A stretch of 64,000 bases of DNA from Candidatus Uhrbacteria bacterium. GTDB taxonomy: Bacteria > Patescibacteriota > Patescibacteriia > UBA9934. Under the pieces are notes generated by a model that was given only the letters and a program-made list of their open reading frames with translations, ran no database searches and was not told the origin of the DNA. How positions within the stretch are numbered: position 1 is the first letter of the stretch; each line of letters begins with the position of its first letter. This document shows, piece by piece, positions 56,682 through 64,000 of the stretch. The translations under genes were made by a program, and so were the position numbers. The stretch lies in assembly GCA_018664485.1 (NCBI GenBank), contig JABJOE010000005.1:15581-79580 (forward strand), written 5' to 3'.

Positions 56682-56927
56682 TCAGGCAGGTGTTCCTTGG
56701 TACATCGTCCCGAAGGCCAGGAGGAGCAAGAACATCTTGGCCAGAACCATCATGCTGCCGCCCCAGATTGCGGTCGCTCCACGATCGTAGTGGGGCATAC
56801 GACGCATCCGAATCATCAGGATGGCGGCGATGGTCAGCGATGCGGCGAAGCCGACGCTGGAAGTAGTGATGCCTGCATCGGTGCAGAGCATGGCGAGAAA
56901 TTCAGCTTTGAGTTGGGTCGGGGTCAT
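56682..56927 (-). CDS. small (81 aa) two-TM membrane protein (MTPTQLKAEFLAML...)
   Basis: GGAG RBS 6 nt upstream of ATG 56927; R1 copy b 30 nt upstream. Confidence 0.45.
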   Translation of the reverse strand: MTPTQLKAEFLAMLCTDAGITTSSVGFAASLTIAAILMIRMRRMPHYDRGATAIWGGSMMVLAKMFLLLLAFGTMYQGTPA

Positions 56928-56957
56928 GGTGGCTCCAGTGTGATGCATATGCATCGA

Positions 56958-57005
56958 GGGTTCACGAAATGCAGGAACGTGTCGTGCACTTTGTGAACCC
57001 TTGGA
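56958..57005. repeat. R1 repeat copy b
   Basis: 48/48 identical to copy a. Confidence 0.85.
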
Positions 57006-57020
57006 GCTCGTATTACGTAT

Positions 57021-57064
57021 TGCCTCAGAGATCACCACAAGCATGTGATGGTCTCAATTGGCTG
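57021..57064. repeat. R2 repeat copy c
   Basis: GCCTCAGAGATCACCAC-AAGCA-TGTGATGGTCTC-AATTGGCTGG; G-C to C-G covariation at stem position 9. Confidence 0.75.
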
Positions 57065-57101
57065 GTAGTTGGACAAGAAATGTCCGCGTACCAAGTGCTG
57101 T

Positions 57102-57281
57102 TTAGCCTGTGATCATCATGAGGAAGAACAGACCGCCGAGCATCGTGCCCCCGATCAGGAAAAGTACCGTGATTAGTGCTTTCGCTAAATCTTCGTCCTT
57201 TCGTGTTTTTTCTTCTTGTGATCTGATTCTGATCTCGTTGGCTCGTTTCTGCTCATAACTTGGCTGGCGTCGTTTTCTCAT
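57102..57281 (-). CDS. small (59 aa) tail-anchored membrane protein (basic N-terminus, C-terminal TM)
   Basis: MRKRRQPSYEQKRANEIRIRSQEEKTRKDEDLAKALITVLFLIGGTMLGGLFFLMMITG; not in ORF track (<60 aa). Confidence 0.4.
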   Translation of the reverse strand: MRKRRQPSYEQKRANEIRIRSQEEKTRKDEDLAKALITVLFLIGGTMLGGLFFLMMITG

Positions 57282-57327
57282 TGCTTCTACCTATTCGGGT
57301 TACTGCCCGATATGTGGAGGCGTATTT

Positions 57328-57369
57328 GCCTCAGAGATCACGACATAGTCATGGCCTCAATTGGCAGCC
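57328..57369. repeat. R2 repeat copy d
   Basis: GCCTCAGAGATCACGAC-ATAG-TCATGGCCTC-AATTGGCAGCC. Confidence 0.75.
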
Positions 57370-57424
57370 GCGGAACAGTGAAGTTCCGCGGCAGTCAGCT
57401 ACGTAGTAACGCAGGTGATGGGCC

Positions 57425-57628
57425 TCAGAGGGAGGCGAGGACATCAGGATTGATGTCGTTGGTCCGGGGCGTGATGCCCATGACCGGGATGGTCGCGCCG
57501 CCGTTGGGCTGGAGCGAGTCCATGGTGTCGCTGAGCTTCACCATGGACTCGTGCATTTCGTAGCACGGAATGGCGAACCCGCCGATGGTGAGTGCGAAAG
57601 CGAGGCCGAGGTGAATGATTCGAGTCAT
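57425..57628 (-). CDS. small (67 aa) secreted/lipoprotein-like peptide (MTRIIHLGLAFALTIGGFAIPC...)
   Basis: GGAGA RBS 6 nt upstream of ATG 57628; track ORF trimmed. Confidence 0.45.
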   Translation of the reverse strand: MTRIIHLGLAFALTIGGFAIPCYEMHESMVKLSDTMDSLQPNGGATIPVMGITPRTNDINPDVLASL

Positions 57629-57677
57629 GATGGATCTCCGAGTTGTAGTGCACTGAGTTGTGCTTGATCCTGACCTA

Positions 57678-57706
57678 ATAGTAGCACGTTTTAGCACTTT
57701 TGTCAA
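57678..57706 (-). promoter_or_regulatory. promoter TTGACAAAAG-N13-TACTAT (minus strand) heading the small-peptide array
   Basis: complement of 57701-57706 = TTGACA; 17-nt spacer; TACTAT = complement of 57678-57683. Confidence 0.5.
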
Positions 57707-57968
57707 GTTACTCTGGACAGAAAAGAGAGAGAAAACCTTATAAAACAAGCATAAAACAGTCTTTTTGTTTTGTATCTTTGAACTAAAATTCAATAACTTT
57801 TTAGCCTAATAAAGACAAAGTTGTACGCCTTGTCATTTTCGACATTTTCAGGCACAATAGCGACGTTATACCCAACGGAATGGCCTTTAACATGTACTTT
57901 CTAAAAGTGCCTTAAGGTCTACGGGATAAAAACTCATATACAGATTTTGGATAACTCTATTTAAAGTT

Positions 57969-60776
<2,808 letters not shown>

Positions 60777-60777
60777 T

Positions 60778-61119
60778 GTGAAAGATCTTGCGCCAGATAT
60801 TTACCGTCAAAGATTAGTAGTCGAAGGCTATCCGAAGAATCCGATTACTGCGGAGCAGATTAAGGACTATCTGTCGAAGCTTTCGGGTGAGCTTAAAATG
60901 GTGACACTTTTGGAGCCGATTGCTCATTTATCACCTAAGTTCGGATGGGCTGGTTGGATTCACTGGGAGACGTCTGGTGCACATTTTTATGCATGGGATA
61001 GGCCACGTGTATTTTTTAGTGTAGATATTTATACTTGCCTAAAGTTTTCAAACGAGGACGCGGTAAGATTTACAAAAGAATATTTTGATGCGACTGAAGT
61101 AGTTTGGAAAGAAGTGTAA
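60778..61119 (+). CDS. S-adenosylmethionine decarboxylase-like (SpeH/class 1b AdoMetDC family) protein, GTG start assumed
   Basis: SPKFGWAGWIHWETSGAHFYAWDRPRVFFSVDIYTC parallels [23 protein letters not shown]...VDVFTC of bacterial AdoMetDC; track ORF 60529..61119 overlaps secA so start moved to GTG 60778. Confidence 0.45.
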   Translation: MKDLAPDIYRQRLVVEGYPKNPITAEQIKDYLSKLSGELKMVTLLEPIAHLSPKFGWAGWIHWETSGAHFYAWDRPRVFFSVDIYTCLKFSNEDAVRFTKEYFDATEVVWKEV

Positions 61120-61172
61120 TTTTGTATAAATACAGAACTCCGGCCGTGGCAATGCCAAGACCGGAGTAAGAG

Positions 61173-61291
61173 AGGGGATGAAGGGTGTCGAACCCCCGAC
61201 CTACCGTTAGCGTTTGCGTGTTGGCGCAAACGAGGCCTACCAGGACCGTAGGTCCGGGCCACGGTCGCTCTCCCAACTGAGCTACATCCCC
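61173..61291 (-). tRNA. oversized (119 nt) tRNA-like gene: canonical acceptor (GGGGATG/CATCCCC), D arm and T arm but ~68-nt anticodon/variable region with extra 8-bp hairpin (possible intron-containing or atypical tRNA)
   Basis: minus strand GGGGATG-TA-GCTC-AGTTGGGA-GAGC-G-ACCGT...ACGGT-AGGTC-GGGGG-TTCGACA-CCCTT-CATCCCC-T; no U33-containing 7-nt anticodon loop can be placed without removing ~45 nt; no CCA encoded. Confidence 0.45.
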
Positions 61292-61324
61292 TAAGGTCGC
61301 TACAGTAAAGGAAACTACTGATAT

Positions 61325-61918
61325 ATGTCAATTGATGTGAAAATAATCGACTGGACAACTGTACTTGCTGACTGGAAAGATTCCGAAGAAGAAATTTGGC
61401 GATCTCATTACACTGAGCGTGGATATGACAGTTGGTGGCAATGGCGTAAGACTTATAGCGCCGAATTTGATTTACCGGCACGCAGATGGACGGAGGAGAT
61501 AGTTGAAGATCCTCATGACGTAATTCCTGCCATAAAAATCGGTGGGTATCGTGGTTGGAAGATATATCGACCGGCAGGACTTGAGATTGCAACGTTCGCT
61601 GACATTGCACGCCATATTGTGGCAGGTGAGTTGTCTATACTCGGTGAGCTACGTATTGATGTGCGTACAAATGAAAAGGTTAAAAACCGTGCAGGAAATT
61701 TGCATGATACAACGTTACTCGTATTGCGTTCCGGAGACTTCACAGTGCTACTAGACGGTACGCATCGTGCTGCGGCAATCGCCGTTGAAGCTATTGACGA
61801 TATAAAATCTTCTTTAAAAGTCACTTTACGAGTTTGCCATTTTGATGACAGCGAGAGGTCATTGCTTGAGAAGTTTGCAAAAGATCGAAGATACGTAGTT
61901 AAAAAGAAAAATGACTAA
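61325..61918 (+). CDS. hypothetical protein with possible ParB/sulfiredoxin-like DGTHR motif
   Basis: TVLLDGTHRAAAIAVEA resembles ParB N-terminal DGxHR; otherwise unassigned. Confidence 0.35.
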   Translation: MSIDVKIIDWTTVLADWKDSEEEIWRSHYTERGYDSWWQWRKTYSAEFDLPARRWTEEIVEDPHDVIPAIKIGGYRGWKIYRPAGLEIATFADIARHIVAGELSILGELRIDVRTNEKVKNRAGNLHDTTLLVLRSGDFTVLLDGTHRAAAIAVEAIDDIKSSLKVTLRVCHFDDSERSLLEKFAKDRRYVVKKKND

Positions 61919-62552
61919 CAAGATTCCTGTTTTGTATTCTTTCCGCCGATGCCCGTATGCGATGCGTGCTCGTTTAGCTATCGCATCGAGCGGAAATAAA
62001 GTCGAGCTGCGAGAAGTTGTTCTTCGAGATAAGCCAGAGTCTATGTTGCAGTGTTCACCAAAGGGAACTGTGCCGGTCCTTGTCTTACCTGACGGATCAG
62101 TAATTGAGGAAAGCTTGGATATTATGCTGTGGGCGCTACGTCAAAGCGATCCGGATCAACTATTACTGGGAGGATCTGCCCCCTGTGGACAACTTTTTAT
62201 CGATCAGAACGATGGGGAATTCAAGGCAAATTTAGATAAGTATAAATACGCTCAGCGTCATCCGGAACCGGCTGAGTTTTACAGGGCAGAGGGCGCGAAG
62301 TTTTTAAAAGATTTAGACGATCGACTTTCCGATACTCCATATCTTTGCGGTGACAGACCGATGTTTACCGACTACGCAATTTTTCCATTCGTTCGCCAGT
62401 TCGCACATGTCGATCGAGATTGGTTCGATAATACTGATTACAAAAACCTCCAGACTTGGCTGAAGGGTTTGTTGGATGATAATTTGTTTGAAACGATCAT
62501 GGTGAAACATGGTCAGTGGCGTGAAGGTGACGCGCCTATACTTTTTCCTTAA
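61911..62552 (+). CDS. glutathione S-transferase family protein
   Basis: N-terminal thioredoxin-like PVLYSFRRCPYAMRARLAI..., VPVLV.PDG, C-terminal GST alpha-helical domain. Confidence 0.65.
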   Translation: MTNKIPVLYSFRRCPYAMRARLAIASSGNKVELREVVLRDKPESMLQCSPKGTVPVLVLPDGSVIEESLDIMLWALRQSDPDQLLLGGSAPCGQLFIDQNDGEFKANLDKYKYAQRHPEPAEFYRAEGAKFLKDLDDRLSDTPYLCGDRPMFTDYAIFPFVRQFAHVDRDWFDNTDYKNLQTWLKGLLDDNLFETIMVKHGQWREGDAPILFP

Positions 62553-63522
62553 TTGATTTCTTCCGCAATTTGATCTGCTCTTCTACGGGCAGGTTTTTAA
62601 TATCCAGGCAACGCTGTGAACAACAATCGTCTAATTTCTCACCACAGTCTTCGCATTGCACTATCAATTCATGGCAAGCATCGTTTGCACAATCTTTCGT
62701 AGTATTCGATGGCGCTTTACACGTGTAGCATGATCCTAAAATGTCATTGGTAATCACTTCCGGCTTACGACCATCAAACACGAAGTTTGCACCTTTGTAC
62801 TTTGATTTTAGTCCTTCTCGATCAATCTGATGTTTGTAGTCGATAATCCCTCCATGCAACTGATTCACATCTTTGAAACCATGATGCTTCAAATACGCTG
62901 AAGTTTTTTCACAACGAATTCCACCAGTACAGTATAGAAGAACCTTTTCATCTTCTTTACCCTGGAGTGTGTCGAGTACTTCCGGTAGCTCATCTTTAAA
63001 GGTTTGTGCTCTTGGGAGAATGGCTCCGTCAAAATGTCCGATGTCAGACTCGTATGCATTCCGCATGTCGACAACTACAGCTCCACCGTCAATCGCTTCA
63101 TTAAATGCAGAGGCGGTAAGATGCTCACCAACGTTTTCAACATCGTATGAATCTTTTGGAAGACCATCTGCCAGAATATACTTACGTGCTTTGATGGCTA
63201 ACTTCCAAAATGAAATCCCATCTTCACTCACTCCAATTTTAAATGGTACGCCGGTAAACTCCGGAATACTATCGACATGCGCTCGGAATGCTTCAAGATT
63301 ATGATTTGGTACATTGAGCTGCGCGTTTATTCCTTCTTGTGATACGTAGATTCGTCCAAGTACACCAAGCTCCGTCCATTCAATCCATAGCTTATCTCGC
63401 AAGCTATCGACGTTATCTAGTCGTACGTAACGGTAGAATGAGATCGATGTTCTTGAAAAGTCCTCGGCTTCAACTAGCGCGAGGGCGTCCTTCTTATTAA
63501 GTTTGTTGGCCAATTTCTTCAT
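62536..63522 (-). CDS. trhO: rhodanese-domain tRNA uridine(34) hydroxylase TrhO (YceA/UPF0176) with C-terminal Cys-rich tail
   Basis: LLYCTGGIRCEKTSAYL rhodanese active-site loop; UPF0176 N-domain; ATG 63522 chosen (track start 63552 is a non-ATG codon). Confidence 0.75.
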   Translation of the reverse strand: MKKLANKLNKKDALALVEAEDFSRTSISFYRYVRLDNVDSLRDKLWIEWTELGVLGRIYVSQEGINAQLNVPNHNLEAFRAHVDSIPEFTGVPFKIGVSEDGISFWKLAIKARKYILADGLPKDSYDVENVGEHLTASAFNEAIDGGAVVVDMRNAYESDIGHFDGAILPRAQTFKDELPEVLDTLQGKEDEKVLLYCTGGIRCEKTSAYLKHHGFKDVNQLHGGIIDYKHQIDREGLKSKYKGANFVFDGRKPEVITNDILGSCYTCKAPSNTTKDCANDACHELIVQCEDCGEKLDDCCSQRCLDIKNLPVEEQIKLRKKSIKEKV

Positions 63523-63570
63523 AATGGGTAGAATAATACGTATAAATATCAAAAAGTCAATGATACGAAT

Positions 63571-64000
63571 ATGAAGTCTGTTTTATTTGATTTTGATGGC
63601 GTGATTGTTGATTCTTTTGAGTTGTCCTATCGATGTGTAGGAATAGTTAATCCGAATCCGCCAACCAAGGAAGAATATAGGCGTTACTTTGATGGAAATA
63701 TTTTTAAATCAACAGAAGTAAATCGGCAAAAAAAGAAGTTTGAAGTCAGTGAAGATGATCCATTTAATGTAGAGTATGTTCTTGGTTTGTTGGAGCTTGA
63801 TCCAGTGGATGGAATGAGTGAGGTGCTTAGAACGCTGAATGTAGATTATCGTTCGGCTATTATCTCATCCTCTATCAATAATCCAATCAAAAAATATTTA
63901 AATAAGTTTCAACTTGATGGAATTTTCGAAGAGATATACGGCGCTGAGTTTTCTTTAAGTAAAGAGGTGAAAATTAAAGTAGCACTTGAAAAGTTTCAGA
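63571..64000 (+). CDS. HAD-superfamily hydrolase (partial, runs off window end)
   Basis: motif I LFDFDGVIVDS. Confidence 0.7.
   Translation, partial: MKSVLFDFDGVIVDSFELSYRCVGIVNPNPPTKEEYRRYFDGNIFKSTEVNRQKKKFEVSEDDPFNVEYVLGLLELDPVDGMSEVLRTLNVDYRSAIISSSINNPIKKYLNKFQLDGIFEEIYGAEFSLSKEVKIKVALEKFQ

Noticed and set aside
56215-57369. The R2 elements could be a CRISPR array
   Set aside because: There are only four copies, with irregular spacing of 306-439 bp. They are imperfect, each sits next to a small ORF, and no cas genes are present.

Overview
This 64-kb window comes from a small-genome bacterium with a low-GC backbone (about 40-45% GC by eye). Strand-alternating housekeeping genes are recognisable: rlmN, cfa, typA, fur-family, hup, rpmB, a uvrD/pcrA-like helicase, ugd, tgt, rplU, recR, ybaB, dnaB, folD, glyA, murC, murB, secA, two HPF/RaiA paralogs, and GIY-YIG and four-helix-bundle proteins. 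This combination is reminiscent of Patescibacteria/CPR-like genomes, but that is inference. At least nine GC-rich segments (about 55-60% GC by eye) are interspersed with the backbone. They encode hypothetical, often secreted or membrane proteins, and each sits behind a promoter of the same consensus seen at housekeeping genes (TTGACRAAAG, a 17-nt spacer in total, then TAnnnT). I recognise three canonical tRNAs (Thr-GGT, Tyr-GTA, Trp-CCA), a truncated 5' copy of tRNA-Trp, and an oversized 119-nt tRNA-like gene. The features most worth follow-up are these. The tRNA-Trp locus is disrupted by two paralogous GIY-YIG genes, a truncated tRNA-Trp copy carrying two mini hairpin inserts, an inverted T-arm fragment and a 26-nt palindrome. 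A 2-kb GC-rich array at 55.7-57.7 kb has six small membrane or secreted peptide genes sharing two repeat families (R1, a 48-nt inverted repeat, and R2, a 42-nt hairpin with compensatory changes) plus a (TTG)10 microsatellite. A roughly 580-nt GC-rich unit bounded by a promoter and a terminator contains no ORF (candidate ncRNA). A membrane-anchored ClpC-like AAA+ protein has a degenerate D1. Tgt lacks its zinc-binding cysteines. A 1374-aa surface protein gene carries six 396-bp tandem repeats. A murC 3'-end duplication brackets an inserted small gene. All calls are from manual reading of the sequence and ORF track; no database search was possible.
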